This document shows positions 48,246 through 60,671 of a stretch of 64,000 bases of DNA, in pieces (positions within the stretch are counted from its first letter, which is position 1; each line of letters begins with the position of its first letter). The notes beneath the pieces were generated by a model. The model was not told where the DNA came from, did no database searches, and worked only from the letters and a program-made list of their open reading frames with translations. The DNA is from Lama glama (lineage: Eukaryota): positions 33,668,001 through 33,732,000 of the forward strand of contig CM052816.1 of the NCBI GenBank assembly GCA_028534125.1, read 5' to 3'. Position numbers and translations under genes: made by a program.

Positions 48246-50479
48246 TTTTTTCACCTAAGGTGAAAACACATTGTCCAAAAATAAGATGTCCTTTTATTCT
48301 TTATTCTCTGCCGAGATCCTCATTCATTGTCTATAATATTTTAACTTTTCTGACTCGGGGGAAATTCCTAGCATCCTTATCTTCATCCTTTCCTTTTGCC
48401 AAAGCATATGCCTTCTAGTTTGGGAATTTCAAAAAGGCATTACTCATTTTGAAAATAACTCATAGAAAAAAGTTGCACTTAATGCAGTGGTTTTTCCTTT
48501 GGTTCCTTCCTGAAGTTTTTCATAATTTCCACTGATCCACATATAGTTGAAAGACTAATTCTTTTCCATGCTCTGAGGGGACAGCTATGGTCTCTATTTA
48601 GCGTGAAGAAAATCAAATGGTTTTTCACCAGGGTTAGTAGAATTTAAACTATGTAATTGATCAAAAGTATGCCCTTTGTCTCTTTGGGAGTATCCACAGT
48701 GTGCTTCAGCCAAAACACCTTTTCAGCCAGTCGCCCTGTTTTTATGTAGATTCCATTGCTAGGAGACGTGGCCTTACTCTTGTCATGGTACACTCCACAG
48801 TGCCACAGCCAACAGACCCTTTTGCCAATAAGATTTGTTCCTGAATCTCTCAGTTCAGAATAAAAAAAAAAGGGATCTTTCTATTGCAATGAGGCCACAG
48901 AAGTGAAAAGGGTGTTTATCGTTACAATTACATCATACTCAGCAGGTTGCATCGGGGGATCAGTTAAGAAAACTTGCAAACTAATAATTTCTTTAAATCT
49001 TCCAACTAAAAAAGCCAAGGATAATAATGATGGTTTTACTATTCCTGTTACAGTTCTATCTTAGTAGTATAGCCCCAAAACCTTGGTCTGAAATTGAGAT
49101 TAGGTGAAAGATTAGAGAAGAAAATATCAAAAGATATTACCATCTTAAGGGAAATAATAATTTAAAAAATAAACTGACTTGAGAAAAGATAATAATGGCT
49201 CTGCCAATAGTTTTACCTTCAAATAGAACCTTTTTTTTGGTATGTATGACTCTTGAGGGAAAAAATCTCTGTAATTTAAAATTGTGTTTCAACTTCTTTT
49301 TTCCTATTTTCACTTTATTATTGATTGGAAAATGCTAAAAAGCATGCTTGATCTACAACACCTGTGAATTCTAGTACTTTCAGAGAAAAGCGAACTTAAA
49401 TATTGCTTCCAAATGAAGTAAGACCTGCAGAGGGAATATGAAGGAGAGGAAAACCCTTCATCCGTCAAGCTGGAGGAGTGGTGTGGGGAACAGCCATGTG
49501 CCCCCCAGATGCTCTCTCCTGTATTCCCAGGAGAGAGCAGGGGTAAGACTCTGACAAACTCCAAGACTGAGGATTACTTCTTTGCTCCCACAACCAGAAA
49601 TACCCGCAAAACAGCTGTCACCCCTGCTGGCTCTGCCTTGTGTGCACCTGGGTGGAGGATTCAGGTGTGTGGGGATGAAAGCACTGTTGCCAGTTATGGA
49701 TTTTGTTGCTTTCAGGCCGTGGGTATCAGGTTCACAGAGAGCTGAAGAGAGAGGGCCAGGTACTCCTCCCAGGAGTGAGGTGAGAGGTGAAGAGTGAGAA
49801 GGTTGGTGCTGGCAGATGCACAGCTGGTTTCTTTTCCTGTTTTCCTGATTTAGAGAGCCTGACTCAGGTCAGCCTGGCCTTAGGGCTCTTAGGCAGGGGT
49901 AGACATCAGTGTTGTTAGCACATGTTCCATAAGTCACTCTGTCAACCAAGCACTCAACTTCCATGCCGACCAAGTGCCCTGTGATGGGCTGTGGTCCTTG
50001 TTGGAGGCTGGAGTTAGCTGAAATACATAGGCTTCCCAGGTTGGCTTATTATTTGATAACCTATCCAACTACTAATGTTAAACCATTTGTCCAATGTAAA
50101 TTTGGTGGGAAGGCTGAGGGGTGACTAGGGAAAAAGGTGATAGGGAAGATTATGGGTGACACCCTGTAACCTTTCCTAGAATTCACCTGTCTCATGCAGT
50201 CTAGTCTAAACTTGCCAACAACCACTCACCAAAACAAAATTAACTGAAGTTAACAGGAATCATATTTTTTGGCAAACAAATGAGCAAATAGCTATTATTC
50301 ATCAATGAAACCCCTTAATGTGAATTGTGATAAAGGATTTTCCTCACTGTTTTCAGATATTACAACGGATGACCAGTGAACAGTTCCATCAGTCCCATTA
50401 AGATTGAAATACCTGGAAATTCATCTTTGGAACTGGAGATATCTTTACTAGTTACCTTTTTCCATATGATGAGTATTGC

Positions 50480-50720
50480 TATATCATGGTCTCAGAGCCA
50501 AACTACCTGGGATGAAATACTGGCTTTGCTACTTACCAGCTGTGTGAGCTTGGGCAAATTACTTAACCTCTCTTTTCCTCAGTTTCTTGACTCATAATGT
50601 AAGAGTAATAATAATAGTACTATAGGGTATTGTGAACATTAAGTGAGCTAATATATGTATCATTCTCTGCATCTTGCCTGCCATATAGTAAAAACGAATA
50701 GCTGTTAGCTGTCATTGTTT
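50480..50720 (+). mobile_element. MIR
   Basis: 'ctacttaccagctgtgtgagcttgggcaaattacttaacctctc..cctcagtttc'. Confidence 0.88.
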
Positions 50721-52348
50721 TCCTTTGATACTTTGATGAGATATTGAAATGTCTACCCTAGAGGCAGGTAGTGTAATGATCCTTTAAGCTAGATCTTTAT
50801 GGTGCAATATCAAAGATCCTAACTTCAAATAATCCTCCCAGTAGGCTGCTAGAAATCCCATCTATAGATTTGCTTCTTAAAGTGCCTATGGAGACATAAA
50901 CTTTACAACTACAAACTGCCATTCCTCAAGTTTTTCCTTTTGTCCCCACTAAACTGCCTTCCTGCTCATTCTTCCCCAGATGAATAAGAGCTTTCTACTT
51001 TGGTATCAATTTATACTCCAAACATATTTTCATCTTGGCACTAAATTGTATGTTTATTTCTCCCACTGGACTTTAAATCGCTAGAAGGACCTCGTTCTTT
51101 TTGGGGGTTTAACACAGAGCTCAGGATGTAGTAGGTGAATAATAAATAAGTTTTAAATGAAACTGATTGAACTTTTGAGCTCTTAGACTCTCCAAGCCTC
51201 TCAATCTATTCTTCCTCTATGACTTGGCATCATTTTCACTTCAAGCTAAACACCTTTCCACCATAATGGATAACTTCAGTAAAACTTATCAGCACTCTCA
51301 ATTTCTTCCCTTCCCAGTGCTCTGCCACACCCATTGCTGGCTTCCAAGAGTGATTTGCTTTTCTATTCTTGTTTCAAAGCTTTAGGACTCTGCAAGGAAA
51401 ATAGAAACTCTGTAATCTGCAGAGAAGTGACATGTCATGTTTATGAATTTCACCTCCAATGCTTTTTGGAAATTCTATACCTGCTCCTAGACACTTCCCT
51501 TTTTATTTCCCTTAATGGATAATCCAGAATACCTCAGAAGTCCCATTCTTCTGCACATCTCATTCTTAGCAGGTGACTTATTCCTTTACTTAACTGAGAA
51601 AATAGAGGCCACAAAAATTGAATAACCTTACTGCTCTTGCTTTTCAGTTCCTAAATTATCTCCTTGCCTCTGTCCCCTACTCCTTATTTTCACCCCACTC
51701 TTGAACCTGTCTTCTTCTAGTTCCTTCAAATTCTAAATCGGTCAATTATATCTCTTTTCTTTGATTTCAGTCTCCCCCTTCCATTGCCTATTTTTTTTTT
51801 TCTAGATCAGGATACTTGAGTATTGTAAAAGCTTTCCTTGTGGTCCTACCTCCACTGAATATCTTGAACTAGTAACCCACATTTTCGTTGTCAACTTCTT
51901 CAGCTCGTATTCACCCCTCAAACATCATTCTCTGGCTTCTGTTAATATCTCTTAAAAATGCTTCCCACTGAAGTTATTTTCAGGTTGCCAAATCCAAAGA
52001 CTCTGTTTCTTATCACCTTGTTCTCTCTTTGGGCAATGTATGAATAGCTGCTGGCCATTCCCTTCTTGGCATTCTCTTCTCCCTGATACTCCATGTCATG
52101 CACACCCCTAGATCACCTCCTGTCTTCCCGATCTATCCACATATGTTTCATTAATTCACCCTTCTCCTCCCACTCTCACATATTGGTGCTCTCCATAACT
52201 CCTCCTTGGACATTTTCTCAATTTTCCTTTGGTGGGATCGTCTGGTTCCATGGTTCCAGCTACTGACTAATTATCAACCCTCCAAGGAGTATCTTCTTTT
52301 TCTCTTTTCTCCAGAGTTACAGATGTAGGTTTCCAACTGCATACTAGA

Positions 52349-52384
52349 TGTGAATGTGAATGTGAATGTGAATGTGAATGTGAA
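52349..52384. repeat. (TGTGAA)6 microsatellite
   Basis: Six perfect units. Confidence 0.95.
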
Positions 52385-52555
52385 CGTCTGTTAAGCATCT
52401 TAAATTCAACATGGCCCAAACAAAACTCTTCATCTCATTCCTTCTGAATCTGTTCTTTGTTATGGTTTTCTTACATGAAAAATGGTCATTTTACTCACTT
52501 TCTCAAGCTGGAGATACTGAAGTTGTTCTATGCCTATCTCATCCTCACCCATTTT

Positions 52556-53356
52556 TTAAAAATTTTTATTGATTTATAATCATTTTACAATGTTGTGTCA
52601 AATTCCAGTGTAGAGCACAATTTTTCAGTCATACATGAACATATATATATTCATTGTGACATTTTTTTCCTCTGTGAGCTACCATAAGATCTTGTGTATA
52701 TTTCCCTGTGCTATACAGTATAATCTTGTTTATCTATTCTACAGGTTCCTTCTGGATATATGCCCAGGAGTGGGGTACTCAATGGTGAAAAACTCGAAAG
52801 TTTCTCGCTAGAATCTGGGACAAGACAAGGATGCCCACTATCACTACTCCCATTCAACATAGTCTTGGAAGTCCTAGACACAGCAATCAGGCAAGAGAGA
52901 GACATAAAAGGGATTCAGATTGGAAAAGAAGAGGTAAAAGTGTCACTATATGCCAATGACATGTTACTATATGCCAATGACATGTTACTATATGTAGAAA
53001 ACCCTAAAAGGTCCACACAGAAACTACTAGAGCTGATTGAAGCAATCAGCAATGTAGCCGTTTACAAGATCAACGTTCAAAAATCAGTTACATTTCTTTA
53101 CACTAACGATGAATCAACAGAAAAAGAAAATAAAGAAACAATCCCCTTTAAAATAGCACCCAAAGTAATAAAATACCTAGGAATAAATCTAACCAAGAAG
53201 GTGAAAGAATTATACACGGAAAACTATAAACCATTGATGAAGGAAACTAAAGAAGACTTTAAAAAATGGAAAGATATCCCATGCTCCTGGGTTGGAAGAA
53301 TCAATATTGTTAAAATGGTCACACTGCCCAAGGCAATCTACAGATTTAATGCAACC
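52556..53356. mobile_element. Relatively young 5'-inverted L1: minus 3' end (52556-~52773) plus a plus-strand ORF2 reverse-transcriptase segment (~52774-53356)
   Basis: ORF 52760-53395 encodes L1 RT ([38 protein letters not shown]). Exact 13-bp TSD cctcacccatttt at 52543-52555 and 53357-53369. The target reads AT|AAAA on the minus strand. Confidence 0.93.
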
Positions 53357-55184
53357 CCTCACCCATTTTATATTGTTCATCACTGTTCTTCTTGAATTCA
53401 AGTTCTGGACATTTGAGTCTGTTTTGCTATGCCTACTGCACTGCCTTGTTTCAGGCTTACATCATCTTACTCAGATTATTGCATTAGCCTTTTACATGTT
53501 CTCTCTTCCTTGGGTGCTGCCACATCCAATTCATCCTCTACAACGCATCCAATGTCTAAGTTTCTTCACTTACTAAATAAATGAAAAATATGTCTTTTAA
53601 TAATACTCCTCTGCTAATAAACCCCTGGAGTGCCCCCACAGGATAGATAGCATTAGCTCTAGCCTACTTTACTATATACCTCTCTTAGAATTTCCATTCA
53701 ACCCTTAGGTCACACAGAAGTACTTATGATGAATGGATTGTTCCAAGCTATGTCATGATTCTGTCCTAATTTCTCTTTCTTAAATGTCCTTGTCTATTTT
53801 ATTCTTCCCTCAGAATCTACAAAATACTGAAATATAATAGAAATAATAAATTAAAAGAAATCATCCTTCTAATCTCAAGTTTTTTCTGCATAAAACCTTT
53901 AAAATACCTGCCAAAAAAGCATAACCATCCCCTATTTTTTCATAAATCTTTATTAATAATGATCTCTTAATAGTACTTTAATTTCATTATTAATATGTTT
54001 GCCTGCCAGCCTCATTCTCCTGTGTGTCTTCCTTCCTAACATGGAAAATAGATAATATTTGAGCACCAGTTGAATATGAAGACCTAAGTGAGGAATTTAA
54101 GAATTCCCCTCACTCATCACAGATATGAGTTCATTTTCACCTCTGGATGTTGCTGAGTAAAGAAAAAGACCCTGTAGGGACTGACTCACATGACAGCTCA
54201 TTCTTGTTGGGGGTGATGGAAGAGAAAGATTGGGCTGGGAAGATCCCAAATCAGGGGATCTTCCTGGGCAGACAGATTAAGAAAATGCCGTGCAGAGGAA
54301 GATCCTCGTCTCTAAGGATACAACATGTAGTCACTGGGCTGTGCGGTCATAGAAAGAAGGACCATGGTGAAAAAGTACAGTAAGGGAAGTTGGGGTAGGG
54401 CACCTGAAACAAACTTTCCCAACTACTCAGTTCTGCTTGGAACAGGCCTGAGGCTTGTGCATTGATTCTGAACAGGGTCATCTTCTGGAACAAACCCTAA
54501 AAAAATGGCATACTTCTATGACAGTAGGAAATTCACAATTTGTAATATTTGCTGGAAGCTTGCAAACGATATTAAAGATATGTCACATTTAAAGTTTTCT
54601 GTGTACTTTGAATCTTTAGGACACCCCTTTATTCCCTGTCAGGATTGAATACATATTTGTTGGCCAAGCCATTAACTGAGTTCAAATCATTAATTGACTA
54701 GGAGGTGGCATATTTTTTAAGCGATTAAAGATTAGAAGAAGCCCCACAATAAAAACGAAGGGGAACTCTGAACCCGCCTCTCAAAGACTTACTACACAAT
54801 TAAATGTTTAGTGAAAACTTTCACCTCTTTCTTCACATATAAAACATCCTTTTCTGAGAAACAATGTCTCCCCAGTGTTCCAGAAAAGATTATTTGTGTT
54901 TTGCTTCTAAATTTTACTGTGGCGTATATTTGTTAGAATTACAGGAAATACCACAGAACAGCCAAAATAAATGGATTTGCCATTTGAGCCCTCTACCCTA
55001 ATAAAAAGGCCTACTAATACTTTGGTGCATAACCTTGAGATTGTATTTAGTTTTGCTAGATATTTACACATTGAAATATAAATAACAAGCAACTAACATG
55101 TATATATGTTTTGTAACATTTTTACTTATATGAAGACTTTTTAAATATCAGTAAGTGTACATCATGTAGATGTTTTAAAGTATA

Positions 55185-55650
55185 CTTGTAAAATTTGTTG
55201 ACACTCCCATCCTATCCTATCCAAAATTGGAGTTTAGTTCTTCTCCCTCTTGAATATGGCCGCCTTAGTGACTTGATTCTAAGGAGTATAATGTGGCAGA
55301 GTGATACTGTGGTTATTCTGAGGCTAGTTTGTAAAAGGCAACACAACATCTGCTTGGCTCTTTCTCTTTTGGAAAATGCATCCACCTTCAGAGTCCAGAC
55401 ATGTAAAAAGTCTGGCTATCCTGAAGCAGCCATGCTGGGGAGACAACGTGGCATGAATCACCAATACGTGATAATTTCAGTCCCCAGTCTCTGAGCTATC
55501 CGAGCTGACTCTGAATAGAGCAGACACAAGTAGTCCTTGCTGAACCCTGCACTAATGACAGAGTGTGAGGGAAATAAATGTTATTGTTGTCTTAAACCAA
55601 TTAAGTTTGAGGATGTTTCATTATGTAGTAAGAAATAATTGGCACACATC
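55185..55650 (+). mobile_element. MLT1F/G/H-like MaLR LTR
   Basis: 'tccctcttgaatatggc..ccttagtgacttg...aatgtggcagagtgatactgtg...ggaaataaatgttattgttgtcttaaacca'. Confidence 0.75.
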
Positions 55651-56016
55651 TACTAAACCTTTCTTAATAACTATACTGTATTTTAATATTATGGATGTGT
55701 CACATTTAACCAGTTTCCTATTGTTGGACATTAAGGGCTTTTTTTAGGTTTCAGTTGTTATAAAGTAGTTCAGCAAACTCTAATATACTGTCTGTCCACT
55801 CTTCCAAGTATTATTTTAAGTTGAATTCTTAGGCATTCTAGGTGGTACACAGAAGTGTGTCGTGGTGGTTGTTAGGATTCCACGTTGTATATAGTTATCT
55901 TTTTTAATCTTTGCCAATTGAAAGCAAAAAATAGTAGTAATTCATGTATAAAATTTCAATGAGCTACTTTCTTATCTGGCAAAATATATGTATCAGAATT
56001 TATTTATATAGTTGAA

Positions 56017-56088
56017 ATAGTTATATTGTTCCCCAATAAGATAGTTATATAGTGCCCCAATGAGATAGTTACATAGTTCCCCAATGAA
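56017..56088. repeat. 24-bp minisatellite, 3 imperfect copies
   Basis: atagttatattgttccccaataag / atagttatatagtgccccaatgag / atagttacatagttccccaatgaa. Confidence 0.9.
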
Positions 56089-56599
56089 GGCTTGATGATG
56101 TTCTCTTTAAATTCTTGTAGATGATCATCAACAAGAGCTTTATTCATATAGGTAGATAAATGCAAAAACATACTTTATATCCATTAACAGTGCTTATGTT
56201 TCCATGATTGAAATTATGTTTCAAGCCAAGATTTACCTTTTCTTTCATTGACAAATGTAATCTTGACATTCCTTGTGATAACTGTAAGTGGATTTTGAAG
56301 CCAATCAAACTTTTTAATATTAAGTATTTCAAAATAATGGTGAGGCTTTTATTTGGAGAATCTGTATTTGTTGTAAGAAGGGTGGGGGTTGGGATTGCAG
56401 TTTGCAGATCTGCAGGGTTTCAGTGTTGGTGTTATCGTTTGCTTGCCTTATGCCTTGAACACATTTCTTAATGCTCTGAGGCCTGTTTACTCCCCTGAAA
56501 GCTGGAGTGCAAATGATACCTAGTTGATAAGGTTATTTGACTGTGCTAATGATTGGAAATCACTCAACAAAATTTCTGGCACGTAGCCATCATTATTTC

Positions 56600-58230
56600 C
56601 TATTCTAATTGTGGTTCATTTGTGTCTTTTTTCTTACTTTTTTGGATTACTCTTGCCATTTCATACTGTGTATTTTTTTTCTAAAGAAACTAGTGCTTGA
56701 ACTTCTATATTTATCCTACTAGGTTTTCTAAGTTACTATTAGTTTTAAAATTTAGTTCTTATTTCTTTTCTTGATTTTTTTTTTTGTGGGGATGTTTTGT
56801 TTTTCTTGATCTAGCTTCTATTATTCTCAAAGTGTACTTCTTTGTTTATTTTCTGTTTACTGTATTTAAGAAATATTTTTAATACACTGAATTTTCCTTT
56901 GAGTACAGTTTTAGCATTTTCATTGTTTTTAACATGTAGATAATCTCTAATTCAGTCTTGCTGTAAAGAGTTATTAAGTAGAATAACTTAGTATGTTATA
57001 TTTTATTATTTTAATTTCTTTTCATTTTTCTTCTGTGTTCTTAGTAAGTTTCTCATGTTCACTGATTCAGTTGTCCAAGATTTTAATTTTGCTCTTGACT
57101 GCCTCCAATTTAGGTTAGTTGTTATGGTTTTAGGTTTTCTGAAATCCTTGTTTATCACACTCATTTCCTTTTTCATCTTATTATCGTACCTTCCATTTCA
57201 TTGTTTAAATTTTTAATCTAAATTTAAATTTAAGTTTTCTGTTTCCTTTTTATTTCAATATTTTTCCCTTTATATATTCTTCACCCAGTTTATCGAGGCC
57301 AGATCTTTTACTTTTTCTAGGATGTCAGCCAAGTTTCAAAAATGTTCTTTTAATTCTGCTATCACATCTTTTTGAAGCCCCCCATGATGTAATTCCTTTC
57401 ACCTTACACCATCCCCCGTTCCACCACAGGTCTCTGTTTTATTTTTTTGTTTTCCTTTTTGCATCCTTGAAACAGGTGAAACTTAGCCAGACTCGGTCGG
57501 ATCTTACTAGTCTGTCTATTGAAATAGGAATTGAATCCTTGGCTTAAATTTTCAGCTGGAGGTTTTGTTGATGGACAAAGCTTTGACTATATTTCTAGTT
57601 AATAGGAGACTTTCATCTAGTGTACTTCTTTTTTTTTAATCTATTATTTTTTATTGAAGTTTAGTCAGTTATAATGTATCAATTTCTGATGTACAGCATA
57701 ATGTTTATGGTTATCAGAAACAAAGGGGGTGAGAGGGGATATATTTGGAGTTCTTTATTTTTTAAAATTGAAACTTCTTTCTGCTCCCTCTGCATAGTAA
57801 TCCAAACTGATGTCTGTGTACTGCTTAATTCCAGAATTTGCTGGTACAAGTGTTCCTCTTTTCTGCTTCACCTTACAGTGCTTAAATTGTGGGCACGACA
57901 GCCCTTAAAATTCACTGCTTCACTGCCCGGTTCTTTTACCTTCTGCTTAGGTATTTTTTGAAATTTGCAGTATCTTCCAGGTGATACCACCCCTAAACTT
58001 GGCCAAGAGGCCACTGTTTTTGGCTGAATGCGGTAGAGAGCCCAGTTCTGAGCCATTTTCAGCCATACCCAAGCCCACAGGATTAGGTGTCTATGGGGCC
58101 AATAGGAAGTGCAAACAAAAGAAGAACAAAGGGCATCTCACTCACCATCCAAGTCTGCAAAGAGTAAACCTTCCACAGTTGCTGCCCGACAGTGCGCTCT
58201 GTGCTTCAGACAGAAGAGGTTAAGGTGATA
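56600..58230 (-). mobile_element. Old L1 fragments, with a short younger L1 3' end at ~57627-57705
   Basis: T-rich antisense L1. Younger end: 'ttttttattgaagtttagtcagttataatg...gtacagcataatg'. Confidence 0.55.
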
Positions 58231-58236
58231 ACAAGA

Positions 58237-58648
58237 TGAAGCATTCTGTGCTTCATCAGGGAGTTAAAGACAATTACCGGATGCTCTGTACTTTGGACAA
58301 ACAGGCCCCTTAGATGGCTTGATATATTTTAGGAAGAATTTCAATAAACCTAGCTGCTTGCGTATTCCCATACATAGAAAACCACTGCAATCAATAACTT
58401 GAGATATCTCTTCTTGGTGACTAGCAGTAATCTTTTACCAACATGTATACTTGATTGTACATATTCTGTAGCCCAAAACAAAACAAAACAAAAAGCTCAC
58501 ATGTATGCTGGCTTCTCTTCCTAGCTCTTCAGAGCAGTTCCTCAGAGTTCTATAAGCGAGTGTCTCTCAGGCTGTATAGTCCTCGGTAAGACCATGAACA
58601 CAACTTACCTCTCAGCTCTCACGTTGTGCGCTTTTCTCTCAGTCAGCA
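58237..58648 (+). mobile_element. ERV1-type (MER34-like) solo LTR
   Basis: 3' end 'gagcagttcctcagag...tagtcctcggtaagacc...cagctctcacgttgtgcgcttttctctcagtcagca'. The 5' boundary is uncertain. Confidence 0.55.
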
Positions 58649-59639
58649 GCAGTAGCTCATGAATCCTCTTATAAAACCCTAGAAGAGCACCTGGATCCCC
58701 AGGTTTTCCCGTCCAGGTGACCCCAAGCTCACCTTTTGGGTTTGCTCAGTTCTCTTCTCTGGTGCATCTTCTTGAGCACTAAATTGTTCTGCTAGTGTGT
58801 CCTTCCCTTGGTTTTAAGGGTGGCCTAGGAACAGCAGTTAGAGGTGTGGTAAGCAGAATGACCGGTCTTAGATATGAAAACTGGGATGACCGCCTGCATG
58901 AGCAAATGGCCCCTTGTGGGGCAGGCTGGGCCAGGGTGTGGAAAAAGAAGTGGAGGGGGGCCGAAAGCTGGCTCTTCCTGTGTAGCCAAATCTCAATACA
59001 GAACCCTGAGGGAATCTGGATTTCTAAAATACACCCTGAACTTTTAGGTTATTATGAAGATATATATTTTTAATGTAGGAAAATATAACATTTTATTTGA
59101 GTTTTTAGACTGATTTATAATTTTTAAAAACTCACACCTATGAGGAATGGATTTTAGGAGCCATTCCCATCAGTCTTTATAATGGAAACTAATATTTCCC
59201 AATGAATGATACCAAATAAGGTTTTATGCTGAAGCAGAGAATAAGGTTTTTACCTGCCAATCTGGTGTCCTTGAGGGAAGTAACAGTAAAATAAATAAAA
59301 TCGGCAAAATAGTTTGACACACTAAGAGAGAATTCTTATTGATGTCACACAGCTTCAGGAGTCTTTAACTGGTTTCTAAGGTTATAAAGTAGTGCTATTT
59401 GAGTCAGTTTGTTCTTGCATGTGATCTTAAAGAATAACTAAAGTTTTATGTAAATGTTTCATAGTATTCATTTATTCATTCAAGACATATATATTGCATT
59501 TCTCCTGTGTGCCAGGCACTGCTTTAAATGCTAGAATAGGTTGAGTTTGATCTTTATGGGATAATCTTATAAAACCTGAGTTATTGATAAGTATAAGATG
59601 TATTTTATTGTAGGAGACTTTTAATCATAACCTTCTTCA

Positions 59640-60225
59640 TTGCTCTTTGCTGAATTACAATTGGAAGAAGATGTGCTCCTATTTTTGCTCCTTAGTGATA
59701 AAATATAAACACTAGCTCTGGTCACATTCTTCTTTTCTAGAAATTTTCAATCGTTTCACATTGCCTACTAGAGTAACTATAACTTTCTCATGCTAACATT
59801 CAAGACTTTCACAATGTTATCTACTTCCTTTCTGGCCTTATTACTCACCTCCATTCTTATGCATCGTGGTTTTAGCAATATTGAATTACTTGCTGTTTCC
59901 TTATTGTGTCTACACTTTCCTCATTCTGAGCCTTTCCTTATGCAGTTCCCTTTCACTGTACACTGTCCCTTCAATCCTAAAATCCTCCTACCTAAAATCG
60001 TAAGCCCTACTCAAGCATGACCTTCTCCAGAAGACTTTCCAAATCCTCTCTACTGATTTTTCATTTCTCTGAACTCTCATGACACATTGTCTCTAGTTCT
60101 CTTAAGGAAAAAAAAAAATATTGTGTTTTATTGTAGGCATTGATTCCTTTTCTGATCTCTTTTTGAAGGTGGACTCTAACTTTCTTTGATACTGTTTTTA
60201 ATACCTAGTACATACTGAATGCAGG
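59640..60225 (+). mobile_element. L2 fragment
   Basis: 'tggtcacattct...acattcaagactttcacaat...ccttctccagaagactttcc'. Confidence 0.6.
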
Positions 60226-60299
60226 CCATGACTAGATCAGTATGAGATGAACAAAGAGGAAACACGGATTTGGGTCCTATTTGAAAGACCTAACATGCC

Positions 60300-60671
60300 T
60301 GCTATAGATTGACTATTTCTGTCTTCCCTAAATTCTTATGTTGAAACCCTAACTCCCAATGCGACTATATTTAGCGTAAGGAAGCAGTTAAGGTTAAATA
60401 AGGTCATAAGGGTGGGGTTCTGTTATGGTGGGGTTGGTGTCCTTATAAGAAGAGTCACCAGAGTCCCCTCTCTCTGTTTCTTTCAACCAAGTATGGACAG
60501 AACAAGAAGGTGGCTATCTCTAGGCCGGGAAAGGCGCTCTCACCAGTAACAGAGTCAGCTGGCACCGTGATCTTGGACTTCCAGCCTTCAGAACTGTGAG
60601 AAAATAAATTTCTATTGTTTAAGCCACCTATTTGGTAGAATTTTATCATGGCAGCCCCAGCTGACTAAGCA
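60300..60671 (+). mobile_element. MLT1A/B-like MaLR 5' LTR
   Basis: tg...ca ends. 'ttcttatgttgaaaccctaactcccaatg...ggacttccagccttcagaactgtgagaaaataaatttctattgtttaagccacc'. Confidence 0.9.

Larger units (their letters stand above)
50760..54070 (+). mobile_element. Long degenerate L2 region hosting the L1 insertion at 52556-53356
   Basis: L2 signatures: 'aagcatcttaaattcaacatggcccaaacaaaactcttcatc', 'gttgccaaatccaaag', 'tcaggcttacatcatcttactcagattattgcattagcct'. Confidence 0.7.

Noticed and set aside
52760..53395. 211-aa ORF as a host gene or a novel reverse-transcriptase system
   Set aside because: It is a truncated L1 ORF2 fragment within TSDs. The start codon comes from the inversion junction and the catalytic motif is mutated.
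56017..56088. CRISPR-like array (also 40866-40926)
   Set aside because: Contiguous tandem units with no unique spacers, in mammalian DNA, and no cas genes.
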